Of a DNA stretch of 57,545 nucleotides, positions 35,631 through 49,069 are shown one piece after another; positions within the stretch are counted from its first letter, which is position 1, and every line of letters begins with the position of its first letter. Under the pieces are notes generated by a model. The model saw nothing but the letters and a program-made list of their open reading frames with translations, did not search any database and was not told where the DNA came from. The translations under genes were made by a program, and so were the position numbers. Source of the DNA: Tricharina praecox. Its lineage: Eukaryota. The stretch spans positions 62,001 through 119,545 of the forward strand of contig NW_026250450.1 of NCBI RefSeq assembly GCF_024521635.1, given 5' to 3'.

Positions 35631-37410
35631 CGTGGTTGCAAGTAAAGATTGTCTCGCGGAGGGGAGACGGTGTTGTTGGTAGGCAGTTTGGTGTCGTGAC
35701 GAAGTCGGGATGGGTAAGTGGATCACCAGCAGTCATTCCATGGCGTGCAAACAGCGAATACATGAAAATGACTAACAATGATTGCGAGGCGTGCCATAGC
35801 CTTCATATGATTTAAATGCGGCATGAGGAACAAGAAATAACTGTGATTAGTAACTTATCAGATAACGAAGATAATAGAAGAAACGTTACAACTTCTCGAA
35901 CTAAGTTTTTAGAGATTCTGCATGAACTTTACTCTCGAGTGAGTATCGACACTCGTTTGCGCAAAGGTTGACGCCAGAGCGGACGGAGGGAATCAATATG
36001 CTAGAATACATTCCGAGCATCCACTGTTCCATGTCAGGAGTATGGAACGCTTTAACACTCCCCTATAAGTCTTCTGTTGGAGATCCACCGATTTCTGCAC
36101 AGGCTCGCGGCCACCGGTACAAGATCTCAAACAACCAGACCAAAGAATCTCTTAGCCGGAGGGAAATTTGCAGCTAAGGACTCCGGCCATATTCCTTCAA
36201 ATCTTTCGCATCATTGAGTAGAGATTCATTTCATTTGACTACAGTCCAGTCTCATTGTCTCATGCCTGCCTCCGCTGTCTCCATCCACCTCCAACTTTTT
36301 TTCTCCACCTTCGCATCACTTCGGCTGCAGAACCGGCATCTCACCGTTGCGATCCAAGCTACGAGCTCTAGCGGGAGTCACGGACATGTGGACGGGATGG
36401 ACATTGCCGCTGATCTCGATCGGTTAACGTCTGTATCCGAATCGCTCAACCGACACACACAGAGTACTCACGTCATCGGATCCATGTGGTTCGATCCGTC
36501 AACATGTGTCGGGTTGAAAGGGGCCGATATGACCAGTTCCATCGGCTCTTCCTTCTCTTTGTTCTGCGGAGCGTGAGTAAGTGTAAGACAGCACGGTGGG
36601 AGGAACGGGCTGGGTTACCATGCAAAACCACTGAAAGCCGCAAAGAAGAGTGCAGGCCTTGCAGGGACAGTCGGTTCTCGACAACATTAGATATGGTTGC
36701 TTCGATGAAAGTTCTGGTGGGTGTCGGTTGCCGTCGTTTCGGGTGGCCGTTCACTGCGGTTGTTTGGAGTTCAGTGACTGGAGGTAGTGAGATTTTTATC
36801 CTGTACTGAGAAGGAAATGGTGGATTTTTGGAAGGCGGCTCTTCGAGTTGTGATGTGGGCTAGTCAGCAAGATGATACCTCTGTTTGCTCCCACGCGCTT
36901 GCGATGCGGTCGTAGAAGTGTGGGTGAGGGCTAATGTGTGATTGGTATGAACACATCCAATCGTTGTATTAATCAGGGCATATTAGGGTGATTGATTTTT
37001 TCTACTTACTAAGGTCTAAAATCCGATAATTTTGCCGGAATTACTGTTTTGGTAGGTGACCGTATGGTCAACTGGTGGATAAGAGCGGCCAACGAATCAT
37101 GGCACTCTGGACTTTTGCCGTTATTTTTCTCTCTCATTCGTCTTGAACGTTAATGTGCCCGATTCGGGTTACCGGGTTTCGGCTTGCCGATGAGCGAGGT
37201 TCCCACACCGGGAAGAGCGTTGCCTGAAAAGGGCTCGACCGACGTTTGAGCAGGAGAGGCTCCGCCCGCAGCCTTTCTACGACTCTCACATCATTTACAA
37301 CTGTCCCTGCTCACTCTTTCTCCCGCACTGCAATTGCTGCCCACGAGCGCCGCGAACTCTCGACACACCCCCACCACAATCAGACTCCGTTGCCCATTCC
37401 TTCTCTCAAG

Positions 37411-38247
37411 ATGGTTCGCATCAATCATCTCTTCGGCATCCCTAACGGCTCTGCCGGCTCTGACACTGCGACCGAGAGCGGTAAGTATCCCAAGTGATCA
37501 ACCTACAGACTCTCCGCATCTCGCTATCAGCGACCGCTCTGTGTGACAATGCTAAGTCACGCTGCATATTAGACGTCGGCGATGCGGTAGTAGAGCCCTC
37601 GGTGCCCATCGACGAAGAGGCCGAGAAGACGAACACCGTCATTGCTGAAGAGGCAGAGAAGACGGACATAGCCATCGCCGAGAAGGCTAAGCAGATTCCC
37701 ATCGCCTTCGCCGAAAAGGCTGACACGACCGACATCGCCATCGCCAAACAGGCGGAGAGGATTCACATCTCCATCGCGGACGAGCCGATGAGGTCCAAAC
37801 ACCCACTCGACGCCGGTAGCGGTGAGGGATCCACCATGCGGGTGGAAAAGGTGAAGTCCTACCAGCCAATCGACGCCAATCTGAGGAAGGAATCAGCAAT
37901 GCGTGGAGAGCCGACAATGTCCATCCAGCTAATCCACTACGGTCGAAACGAGGAGTCAGCTATCCACCCGAAGGAGAACCTGGGACAGCCCTCGGTAGGC
38001 GATCCGCGCGGCGGTAGGTGTGCAGGTGGAGGTAGTGGTTGCTGACGAAGAGCAGTCTTCATCTACCCAGGATACTTCCCCGGCCCCGCAGGAGGAGTAC
38101 AGCCTTGCTGTAGAGCTCAACGCGAAGCATATTTCAGACGCTCGCAAACGCATGGAGCATACGAACAACCAGCTTAAGCGGTCTCTCGCGGAACTTAAGA
38201 AGCAGAGAGACGAGCTGAAGGCTCTGAATGCGAAGCTTGACTCGTGA
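37411..38247 (+). CDS. Three-exon hypothetical protein (~227 aa) with 11-aa repeats and a C-terminal coiled coil; exons 37411-37480, 37573-37994, 38056-38247
   Basis: Introns GTAAGT...GCTAAG...TAG and GTAGGC...GCTGAC...CAG join three ORFs in phase. Five IAEEAEKTDIA-like 11-mers. A further 3' exon is possible (GTGAGT overlaps the stop codon). Confidence 0.6.
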
Positions 38248-39208
38248 GTGACTGGGTGGAAGGGGCGAACGGTAGCGGTGAATACTCGACACCCCACTCA
38301 TTCCCATATACTTGTTTTCTTTCTTGAGCACTGTATGTAGTAGGTGCTTGGCCCTGTGTAAGGGGCCTAACAATGGTCGGATGTGTGTCTTTGTCGGCTT
38401 TTACTAAGAAAATTTGTCAGTTTACCTGCTGTGCTCTGGTAGTTAGCTTTTTTTCCATTCCCGACCAGGGTAGTTGTACTCGGGCGGACATCCCTAGTCA
38501 TTGGTTGATCGATTTCCTGGAAGTGCGGAGATAGATGGATACATAGCGAATTGAAATACATGAGAGCTATCCTAAGTTCATGAGCTTCAATAAAGGTGCC
38601 CAATTGCAGAGATAGATGGATGTACTATCGATTTCGTGAGCCTTTCCCGGGCAGGGATTCCTCTCTATATACAGTGGATCCTTCACTACGTGACGCGCTC
38701 TATCCATGTTCACTCCGACGTACGGAATCCAGTGCTGCCTGATAGAAATTAGGCATATCCGCGGAGGCTATTTCGGAACGGACATTTGCTACGAGTGACG
38801 GGTCACGTGATTCGCGTCACATTATCACTCGCTCCCGCGACGGTCCCGCACAAGTTCTAACTGCATACATTGTATGTAGTTATTGGCTTGTTCCATTTTA
38901 GGTAGATACCAGAAGGTAACACACTGAAGCAACTCTGGATAACGATGATGTGGTATTTTCGCTGAAGCAGCTGGAGGTGCAAGAGAAAAAGACAAAGACA
39001 CAAAAGAACCCCCTTCCGCACCGAAACTTGAAAACACCCACCAGTCCTCGCGGCTGGTGAACTAAATACCAAACGCGTTCCCACAGTCCTAACTCAGAGA
39101 AATGCTACATCAGTACATCGTTTTGCGAAGAAAGCATAGAATGGGAGTGGAGATTCGACATACGTGCATAGCCTACATCGGCCAGTATCCGTACACGCGA
39201 CGGGTAAC

Positions 39209-41309
39209 TTAAACTGGAGCGCCCTTGTCTAGAAGGAATCTCGGCATTCGCTTATTTTTCATCTTCATTGTGAGTCGCAGCGGTGACACCGAAGATGTGT
39301 CCTTGGCGTCGATGTTGGCGACGGATTCGAGAAGGTAGCTCACGATCTGGGGATGGCAGTTCGATACAGCGTGGTACAGCGGAGACCGGCCTTTCGTATC
39401 CTCGGCATTCACATTGGCACCGGCTGTCAGTAGGTGACGTATGATATACGGACGACCTTATCGTGCAGCGGAGTGCAGCGGAGTGCGACTTTCCTCTTCC
39501 ATGGCATCGATATTGCCACCAGAATCAATCCGGTGGCTGGTGATCTCCAGATATCCCCCCGATACAGCGTCGTGTAGCGGAGACGAGCCTTTCGTATACT
39601 CAGCGTTCACGTTCGCACCGGCTGTCACCAGGTGACGTACGATCTCCATATGGCCGTTCGATGCAGCCCCATACATGGGAGAGCGATTTTCCTTGTCCAC
39701 GGCATCGATGTTTGCGCCGCAGTTAATCAAGTAATGCACAATGGTGAGCTTGCCAGTCCATGCAGCATAGTGCAAAGGAGACAAACCTTTCTTGTCTTTG
39801 GCATCGTTGTTGGCACCGGATTCAACTAGGTGGCTGACGATCTCCAGTTGGCCGTATATTGCAGCGGAGTGCGACATACCCCGCCTATGGCATGCTCGAT
39901 GTTGGCGCAGCAGTTGATCAAGTGACGGATGATCTCGAGATGGCCGTTCGATGCAGCCCCATGCAGCGGAGAGCGACTTTCCTTATTCACGGCATTGATG
40001 TTAGCGCCGCACTTAATCAAGTGACATACAATATCCAGATGGCCCGCCGATGAGGCTATGCGCAGCGCTAACTATGCCCGGTCATCTTGGGCCTCTTTTG
40101 TTTTCGCACTGATGAATGCCTTGACAGTAACAGTGTCCCCTTCCACGGCGGCCTGATGTAACAAAAACAGCTTATCGTCACTGGACAATGCGCGATGTCG
40201 GAGGGCCGAGCGGATAATCATAGTGCGCTCGCGGAGCATGGGTAGTGGTGTTGTGAATGCCCGGGCTCTGCGGAATTTCGATCTAGGCTTCCCCGGCTGT
40301 CCCTACAAGGTGTACAGGTGCTCATTGGCGAGTTCGATGGCGTATACGGGAAGACAGATGACCGATAAGTTCGAGATTTTATCCAGACCGACCCCGCTCA
40401 GTTGTGACCAGCCCGAGGTTGGAGTGTCAGTGGTGTTGAAAGATGCAGTTGAATCATTGCCGGTCACCCTTTTATAAACCCGCGTCTTCGCTAGGATCGG
40501 CTCGAATGCCAACATGAATGAAGAAAGCGACCTTTGTGATGAATGTGTAAAAATGGACGATCCGTCACTGCCGCCGACATCCGAGACGCGAATGGTCGCT
40601 CTCATGGAAGGTAAGAAGCTGCTGCCCTCCACGGCATCCCTGGCTGAGCTGGCCACTGCGCTGCGTGCACGCAAACTCGTCGACGTGGATGATGGGTATT
40701 TTGTGACGGTTGTGGACCGGAAGGACACCATACGCGCAGCAAGTTCGGGGTCCGATTGCAAAACCGCCAGAAGGGCTTGCAATTCCTCCCTATTCGATTT
40801 CGGCCGATACGTGTTTCGCTGTTACTCTGATCGCGGTATGCCTATATCTGCATGATTCCAGATTCCTTACAGCGCAGCCCAGACCCACACGGTGAACTAA
40901 CAGTGAGAGCAATACGATCAAGGATGACTTGTGGTATTGAAGGTTGGGCACGATCCTAGTAAGGTCACCCTCCTTTGACGCCCATCTTGCTCGATCCCAC
41001 AGAGTGAATCGCGGTTCTTCGCTTGTGGAGCAGCCATCCAAAACGCCGTCAAGCTCGGAGAAGGTGCAGACACAGCTGGTAAGGATAGTGACGAGGTCGT
41101 CGACGATAACGTTCGATCTGTGATGTGCGTCGTAACCGTGAAAGTTGCCGACGAACGTATGGAGCTGGCGAAGAATGATACGAGTGGACTGCACTTCGGC
41201 TAGCAGGTCGTGTGCGATCGGGGAGCGTCGGCAAATTTGGGGAGGTGTTCGATGACCTTGAGGCCAACCTGTATAAGTCCTACAACTGACGCGGCAACCG
41301 AGAGACCAT
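39209..41309 (-). pseudogene. Disrupted fungal HeLo-like N-terminal domain + ankyrin-repeat protein
   Basis: The N-terminus (LSVAASVVGLIQVGLKV...DAP...LWDRARWASKEGDL...LQYHKSSL) resembles fungal STAND/HeLo-like N-terminal domains. Linker motif FEPILAKTRVYKR...GWSQLSG...ISNLSVICLPV. About 8 ankyrin repeats (SPLHxAAxxGHLEIVxxLxxxGANxxA). The ATG is out of frame, with several frameshifts and in-frame TAG/TAA stops. Confidence 0.85.
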
Positions 41310-42642
41310 AGATTTTCGGGCCGGAGTTTGTCGCAATAGGATGGAGTGTGATGTTGCAGAGCGGGGTTGAGGCTCTGCAGTCTCCGTCGCCGCGTATGCA
41401 GCTCAAGTGTGAGGCTGAGATGTGTGCGGACGTGGTCGTCGCTCATTCGGGTAGCACTTTCTGCACTGCAGCACCGCCCCTCCTTCCCTTCTACAAATTC
41501 CCGTGCCCCTCCTGCACGCCGCATGCCAGTGGCGAGTGTGCGGTGCGATAGAGTGTTCGTGATAAAATCATCGAAAATCTCCTGTTAAATAAGCAACAGG
41601 TATCGCAACTCGAAACGGGAATGCGGATAAGGAGGATGTTGGAAAAGTTATTATTCTACGGTATTCAACCTAGTGAACGGAAACGCTAAGAAGGAGGATT
41701 GTAGAGAAGTTATCGCTCCGCTGCTAAAGACATTTCGCACCACCCGATCGATCAAGCGAGCCTTCTTACTTATCTTATATTATGTTATCGAATTATCTGA
41801 TCTCACCCATCATCTCTAGAGTATCCTATGTACGTTGTGCTCCTCTCACTCGGCAATATTTTACCCGTACATAGACCAACATGCCGCAGTCCAGACTTGC
41901 TGACATCACAATGCAATTGATGGAGTGAATTATGTCAGCAGCCAATCTCGTTCAATAGGGTCGATACTGAAATATTTACAAAGCACTCATGTGAAACTAC
42001 AAGTCATCGTCGCCTCTATTTGTCACCCTCTTTCTGTATCTTAACATCCGTCCAACTCCCTCTCCGGATTACTCGGTGAATACTACCGCCGCTACGGAAC
42101 GCATTTGTTGTCTTGCTTGTAGTAGACCGAGCTATTTTCTGGCTGCATTCTGATTGGTCACCTGACCGGAGACGGCAGCGCCGAGCGGCCAGCCACGAAA
42201 GCTGGTAACTCAGCGGCGACACGTGGACAGTCTTGTGACTCATCCACTGTCCATGAATAAGTACTTAAAAGCTCGGCGGAGGCATCTGTAGCTTCCGCTA
42301 TTACTGGTGTAGTTGTTCAATGATGTAGATAGAAGATCCAATTACATTGTGAATATTATGAACGGGAGAGGTCCAAGTTCGGACTCTCGATCGTGCCAAC
42401 GGGCGGTATTCGGGTAACCGACTTCCGACCCACAGGAAGCATGACAGCGGACCGAACTGACACTTCCCCACGTTCTTGATGCATCTATATTTCCTGCGGT
42501 ATTTCCACGTCTGAATACGCTATCCCGCTGCAACAATTATTCGCTCCGTTTCGGCATCAGGTTTCCGTACCGGCATTAGAGATCTCGATCTTGGCAAAGC
42601 TCGTCAGGGTTTTGGAGTATCTAGCGACGCAACCCACCGTTT

Positions 42643-42860
42643 TGTAACACAGCGCTGGTCTCCCCGCCCCACACCGCAACAGAGAGCCCACCGAAAGAAA
42701 AATAGAGAGAAAAAGAAAAAGAAAAAGAGGGAGAATTGAAAGAGCAAAAAAGAGTGCGGAACAGTGCGAAAAAGCGTGCGAAAATTGCGATAGGATGGTT
42801 AGGCGACGGAGAGGAGACGAGTTTGGTAGGGTGGAGATGGGTTAGGGTTTAGATGTCACA
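42643..42860. mobile_element. Possible solo LTR (218 bp)
   Basis: TGTAACA...TGTCACA inverted termini and a strand-biased interior. The flanks (CGTTT and GAAAC) do not form a TSD. Confidence 0.35.
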
Positions 42861-42994
42861 GAAACTAAGCCGCATACGATGAAACGGTGGCATCTCCACC
42901 ATCAACCCTATATTTTTGTTTGCGCAGCATCACCATCACCACTACCATCACCACCCATAACGCCAGTACTGCCACCACCACTAAGTTTCTCCCT

Positions 42995-43110
42995 TCGGAG
43001 GAATAGACCCGAGATAATAATTAAGATATGTTGGTGCCCTGCTCACAAGGGTGTCCCTGGCAACGAAAAAGCAGACGAATGGGCGAAGCTGGCAACAGAG
43101 GAGCCAGCAG
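42995..43110 (+). mobile_element. LINE-type RNase H fragment
   Basis: RRNRPEIIIKICWCPAHKGVPGNEKADEWAKLATEEP matches the W.P.H.G..GNE.AD..AK C-terminal RNase H motif of fungal non-LTR retrotransposons. Confidence 0.85.
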
Positions 43111-45463
43111 CCCATAATCCGGAAGCGGACGAGTTCTATGAGCGAAGAGCCAGTTGACAGGGCGAGCGTTGTCTCTTCCTAAAGATCGGGCTGGATCCTC
43201 CGGGGATGAGTCTGTGGATTCTTGCTATAAACACGGTGGTAGGCCTCTTTATACACCTTTCTTTAACCTTCAGTGTCGTCCGACGGCCGCTCGTCCGGCC
43301 GCGCTACTCGACGGACCCATCACCAAGCGCTTATTTGACAGTTTCCTCCTATGATACCTTTTTCGAAGACGATGTCAGAATATGCTGATGTCTTCATGCT
43401 AGACTTAGAACCCTATGTTCCGAGCTCGGTACAGCGATAGATGCGGATAGGAAATTTGACAAATGCCAGCGCACTGCCGACTTTCTGACGATTGCCGATC
43501 CGTGATACGCCGTGGCGTTGGAGGGGGCAAATGCGTACGCAGATTTCCATCCTCACCGGCGATCTCTGTGGATCCACTTTTATCAGCCGAACTCCGTTTA
43601 TATTGGCCGTGCGAGTGGAATGGAGATCCTATGGTTACTTATTTAATAGCGCGTAAGATGACGAATAGGCAGAGGCAGTCTCTGGTGGTATGTTTCGGAC
43701 TTACCGACGGGTATTGTCCGATCTCCATGGGTATCCATTAGTCGACCTGCCGCTACACCCGCCTGACGCGAAAGGCCTGTCCGATCTGGCAGGTGTTACG
43801 CCACACGCCTCGCGCGATCATTGGCGAGTGGGGCGGGAGTTGGGACACGCGCTACCTATACACCTGACGGGGCACCTTGCAGCGCGGCCGGACTATTCTC
43901 CACGCGCTCAGCTGCGTTTCCCTCGCGATTCCCGGTGAAGCTGCGCCATGCATAGTCGCTGCCACCAAATGCGCGCGAGCATCTCCCGCTCCCACTGCAT
44001 GCCCCACGAACCCATCACGCCGGCAGCGATCCTGCCCGCCATCGACCGGGCTTCCCGAGACTTCCAATTGCATCAGCCGCGACATCCACACGAAACATTT
44101 CCACCTCACGCTTGTGGATGTCGCGGTCGCGCCCCCCTGCTAGATAATCGACGAATATCGGTAACCCTACCGAATACTACCCCTCGTGGGGACGGGGTGG
44201 GCCAACCCCTGCCCTGCCGCGCGGGGGTTCCGCTGCTGGGGTATCCGGGTAGATATTCTACCAGCTTCCAATCCCAGATACTGCACTCTATATATCTCGC
44301 AATTCTTGGGGTAGAAGGCGCCTATGAATAGATTCCATAAAACAAATCGCTAGGCTCCTCCTTGGTAGTGGGACTGTGGGACGGTGGGACTGATGGACGT
44401 CGCCTAGACGTGCCCCACCTCGGGAGGGGTATTTGTTCCGGCAGAAACGCATCGTATGATCTATCTCTGGCGAATTACTACTGGGAATTAGGGCATTACA
44501 AACATACTTTTTTGATTGTAGTGTAGGAATGTAAGCGTATGCCGAGATAGAGATAGAGAGAAAACGGATTTATCGTTGCATACGGAATTATTAGACGAGG
44601 TACGGCAAGAACTCAGCCTGTTTTGGTTTTCTTCATTCATTCATCGCCTAAGACTTATGCAGATTATGGCAATCAGCATCCTCTGATCGTGTGTCACACT
44701 GGTACTCATTGCGCACGAACGAGTGATCTTCGAAGATGCGCATGGATAGAGTGGACTATTGCGGCACTACGTCATATTCTCGGGCATCGTAATGTATTGA
44801 GGGGAAACGGTAGCGTGAGTTACGATCTGTGATGCATAGCCGCGGCACACCTTTATTTCCATCATATTTGGTGAGCGGCTGCCCAATGCAGATCTACCGA
44901 CACTCACCTCAGTCCTGTCCGCTTGATGCTTCTGGACGACGATTTGAACCTCGTCCATATTCACGTAGATCTATCTTCATTGGTATCACGGCCCTCAAAC
45001 GTCGCACTATCTCCAATGATTGAACCCCACCAAGCCGGGTCAGCCGGCTCGCCTGTCCCTGATCACCGCTACCAACTATATCGGGAGATTGCTGGCTGCA
45101 AACATTCTCGATTCGAACTATCGTCGGTTCTATTGATACTACCGGTTCTGGTGACGGAACGTGAATAGCTTTGCCATTTACATGTCGCACAGCAAGTCGG
45201 ACGTGGGCGGCCGTCCGTCCGTTGCCGGGGGACCGATGTTTGTTTACTGGCACTAGCTTCTGATGTTTGTGGGATGATTCAACTTGTACACACAGCTCCA
45301 AACGGATGCATTCAAATACACTCGCTACCCTACTCCCATCCTCCTCTTCTGCTGTTGCTCATCGTCTTCTCTACTCTTCTCTTCACCTCACCACCTTATC
45401 CCACCCCACCTTCACTCTCCAAAACCACCCCACTGTCGCTCTCACACAACCACCATCTCCAAG

Positions 45464-46164
45464 ATGCATCTCCCCGTCCTCGCCTATATCGGCCACGCGC
45501 TGCTCAACTACACGCTCACAAACCCGGGCGGATCGATCACTCCGCGCGGCACCGGCTACTACGACATCTTCGGTGCGGGCGTGCTGACCTTTCACCCCGC
45601 CAGCGTCCTCACGCTCCCGGCCCCGAATCCTGCCTACATCCCGGAGACCGGTCCTCTCAACATCTCGCTGCCCGCCTACAAGGTCGACATCCTCAGCGGC
45701 AACGACTACTTCAAGCTGCGTTCGGGAAACATGTTTGAGCTCGACACCACCGCGGCCGGAAAGGCGGTGAACAGCGGCGCGCTGGTGCACTTCCGCGCTG
45801 GAGGCTTCATTCGCATCAATGCCTACCTCGGACAGATCCTACAGGGCAAGGGCGATAGAGACATGAAGTAAGTGCAGTGTTCCATCCCTACCCTACCACG
45901 CATTCGATCATCACCAATCAACAGCATTACTAACGCTCGAGAAATAGGTTCGGCGAAACCGACTTCTGGGAGCCCATCACGATCGACACCTCGGATCCCG
46001 AGTTGGCGTGGTTGAACTTCCGGATGATCATCAGCCAGGGCCGGATCCTGGTGGACAAGGCGACTGGAAAGGCATATGGTTTTGAGCTGCGTCTCTTCTC
46101 CCCGGTGTCGCCGACGGAGATCAAGAAGAGGTATGCTAGGGAGGACGTAGGGTTGATACAGTAG
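45464..46164 (+). CDS. DUF3237-like beta-barrel protein (~206 aa); exons 45464-45867 and 45948-46164
   Basis: Intron GTAAGT...TACTAAC...TAG joins in phase (621 nt). Motifs TPRG, GNDY, ELD and IDTSDPELAWLN..IISQG resemble DUF3237 (family call from memory of the motif). Strong codon bias. Confidence 0.65.
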
Positions 46165-46370
46165 GCACGGAGGTTCTTGGGTTGGCCTACGCATAGTTCG
46201 GACGGATAGGAATGAATTAGTGGGCTCTGAGGAAATGAAATAAATAAAATTTGCATCTGTAAACTTGAGAGCTCTGTGACTGTGTTGTTACCTCGTACAC
46301 TTACGAGGTTGAGGATACGCTCCGGACAGGAGCATCGAGAGATCATGAACTTTCCGGGGGTAAGAGCAAC

Positions 46371-46800
46371 AGAGAGATCTTCAGTGTATTTCGCATGCAG
46401 CCTATCTAGACTATGGTGAACCGTCGCACTCCTTTCCTGCCCACTCTGACCAACAGTGGCTGAGCCGGCCAGCACGACTCCAGCTGCCTACCATACAAAT
46501 GAAATATGAAATCGCACCCGGAATATGTAACCACATATCGTCTTTTCTTACTTCCTTGCATCGGCCGCAGACACAGCGCCCTACTGGGAACTCCTGTTCT
46601 ACCTCCGATGCGAGGTTTTCCTCCTGTTCCGCCTCCTCCTCCAGGCGTGGCGGAGCTTTCCTCCCCACACCCGGCGTTCCTAAGACATCCAGCATCGCAT
46701 CGCTGCACTGCTCATCGGCGAACAACTCCGCTATTGACCGTCTATCTTTCCTTTCCCCTGTCTTCTTCCCAGCCTTCGCCCAAATCGCTTTTTGAAACGT
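46371..46800 (-). mobile_element. LINE 3' end (ORF2 C-terminus plus 3' UTR)
   Basis: FQKAIWAKAGKKTGERKDRRSIAELFADEQCSDAMLDVLGTPGVGR overlaps and extends the QQKFLWTEVRKKTSRGKD of the 11041 fragment. The UTR is shared with 13373-13451. Confidence 0.75.
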
Positions 46801-48124
46801 GCCGGGGGTCCTTTACCGATCTACGCTCACCACAGTGGCACGCACTTGGCTGAAGACCTGAAGTCGCGGAAGATTCTCAACCAGGTGAAGATACAGGTGA
46901 GTTGCTCGTGTGGAAAAGAAATCGTCAAATATGAACGAACAAAATCACCACATCCCTTAAGTAACCTCAATCAACCAGTCGGGACTGCGATCCAAGTTTC
47001 CGATGACTCCATCGCTGAAACAATTGACGGGAGACCCACCGATCCGATATTTCCTCTCGGGACAAGTCACAGTCACTATCGGGCATCACATGTGCAGGCA
47101 CTCTACTCTACTCCAGCATCTGCCGAGTGAACCGTAGAGTCTAGACGAAGAAGTCTCTTCATAGCATGAAACCCCAGCCTATATGTAGATCCCGACAAGC
47201 GGGCACCCCTTCCCCGGGCACCCCTTCCCCCTTCCTCCCTTCCCCCCTTCCCCCCTTCCCACCCCTCTACTTTCTGACTGGCGAGGTACCAGGTACCAGT
47301 ACATCCATTTTAGGCAGTAGGAACTTCTCGCGCTTGTAGGGGTCGTCGTTCCGCACACTAGTAGGGGGAGGGCGGAGGCGGTTAACTATCGGCAAATAGG
47401 TAGGGCGTCGCTAGGGTACTCTAGTCGCGATGGAGGCGGAAATTCGAGGGGTGTGGGACAATGGAGGAAGCGCGCGACGTCGCGTGGAGTTCATGAGGAA
47501 GCATTCGCCGGCGGCAGCGCGACGATTCCGGCGGCAGGACGGCGGCACGGGAGATCGCGCGCGACGGGAAGTGGTCGGAGCGAACGCGAGAGATTAGTCG
47601 GGTATGTCAGTGGAGAACAGTCGTAATCGAGTAGAGACTGATAGCTGAAGAATCTGCTCGGCTAATCATTGTATTGCGGCGCAGTATTCGGTCGGCCGAC
47701 ATTTGGCCACGTCGAGTACGAAGACCGACGCCACCGATAACACTGTCACTATCAATAATCAGCGTCATATAGACCCTTCCGCCGGTAGAACTTCTCAGCC
47801 TCGCGATATGTCAGTAACCTCCGGGCGGAAAGATAATACTCCGTAATCACCGTTGCTGCACGCGGATAAACCATGGCGATCGCTCAAATCCCATAGCCAT
47901 ACACAGGCAAACTCCATTACATTCCGTTCCCAAAGCATATCGGAGCTGACCGCAGATGTCGAATCTCACCATCGTCTCTAGGCCCGAGTCCCCAGGCATA
48001 CCCTCATAACCACGGATCCCCGCGAAATATCCAACACCCGCCTCTACAACCCCTACCCCGGCGACAGAACTCTCTCCACCAGCGTATCAGCGACCAAACA
48101 TTCCAACAGTCGGAACAGGCGCAC

Positions 48125-48385
48125 TCACCGACCCCAGCACGTGTATCGCACTTCATCACCCCTATGACGCCGCCGCGGTAGGCTGCGGATCAGGCTGCAC
48201 ATTCCCGGTGCGACATCGCCATTGCGTTCTGGGTTTCGTAGGAGATCGTGACGGAGGAAGCAGATCGGTGGGGGTTCGGGTGGATTAGTGGATGCTGTTG
48301 TATTCGGAGATGCTGCGGCCGCCTGGGTTAGCAATGGTAGCAAGGACAGAAGCAAGAGTAGGTTGAAGAGTGTGTTCGTGTTCAT
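48125..48385 (-). CDS. Small secreted protein (>=86 aa, possibly spliced further)
   Basis: Signal peptide MNTNTLFNLLLLLSLLPLLTQA and three Cys. A GTGAGT donor overlaps the apparent stop codon. Confidence 0.5.
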   Translation of the reverse strand: MNTNTLFNLLLLLSLLPLLTQAAAASPNTTASTNPPEPPPICFLRHDLLRNPERNGDVAPGMCSLIRSLPRRRHRGDEVRYTCWGR

Positions 48386-48782
48386 TGTTTCTGTAGAAGC
48401 GAAACTAGATAGAGTCTAGTACGTAGTAGGCATCGAGATGATCGTCGGGCGTAGTTTTGGGCGTTCATATAGCCCGGGCAGGTGGCGGTATTGAATGCGC
48501 AGTAGACGGATGGATAGAACGGAAATTCGGGGTACGCATGGGACGGAAATAATTGAAGCCCGAGATTGAATTATCCTAAATGCTGAAGAGATGATCGAAC
48601 TAGAAATCGCCAACTGCAAAACGCGGAGGTTTGTACGAGTAATAGCAAACACGTGTACGGGTCAGCAGAAGCACTCTGCCAATCGTCCATATCCGTAATG
48701 AAAATAATCGAGTAAACAAAATAATCGAGCAAATCAATTGCACAGCCGCACCCCGCCCCCTATGCGGCCAGCACGCACTGCA

Positions 48783-49069
48783 TCACAAGTCCCGCATGTG
48801 CAAAGCCGCTGCCCCAGCTACCGCCACTGCGACCGCCAGACGTCCCGGATGAAGTACATTCCCGGCACTCGAATCTATGCCGATCATCAGTGTCGGTGCG
48901 TGCACTCAGGATTTGAGGACTTACTGCCGTGTGCCACCCCGTTCTTGATCTGTGAGCGCCCCAGCCCACCGCGACTGCCGCCGCCTTTACCACCACCGCC
49001 CCTGGCCTCTGGGTCGGCGAGGGCTGCGACAGTGAAGAGGAGGAAAACTAGATGTATCGTGTACTTCAT
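48783..49069 (-). CDS. Tiny Gly-rich secreted/GPI-type protein (78 aa); exons 49069-48925 and 48874-48783
   Basis: Signal peptide MKYTIHLVFLLFTVAALA. A 50-nt intron GTAAGT...ACTGAT...TAG brings the tail NSSAGNVLHPGRLAVAVAVAGAAALHMRDL* into frame. Confidence 0.7.

Noticed and set aside
40303..40305. In-frame TAG in the ankyrin gene as an A-to-I editing (stop-to-Trp) site
   Set aside because: The same gene has frameshifts and an out-of-frame ATG that editing cannot repair, so ordinary pseudogenisation is the simpler explanation.
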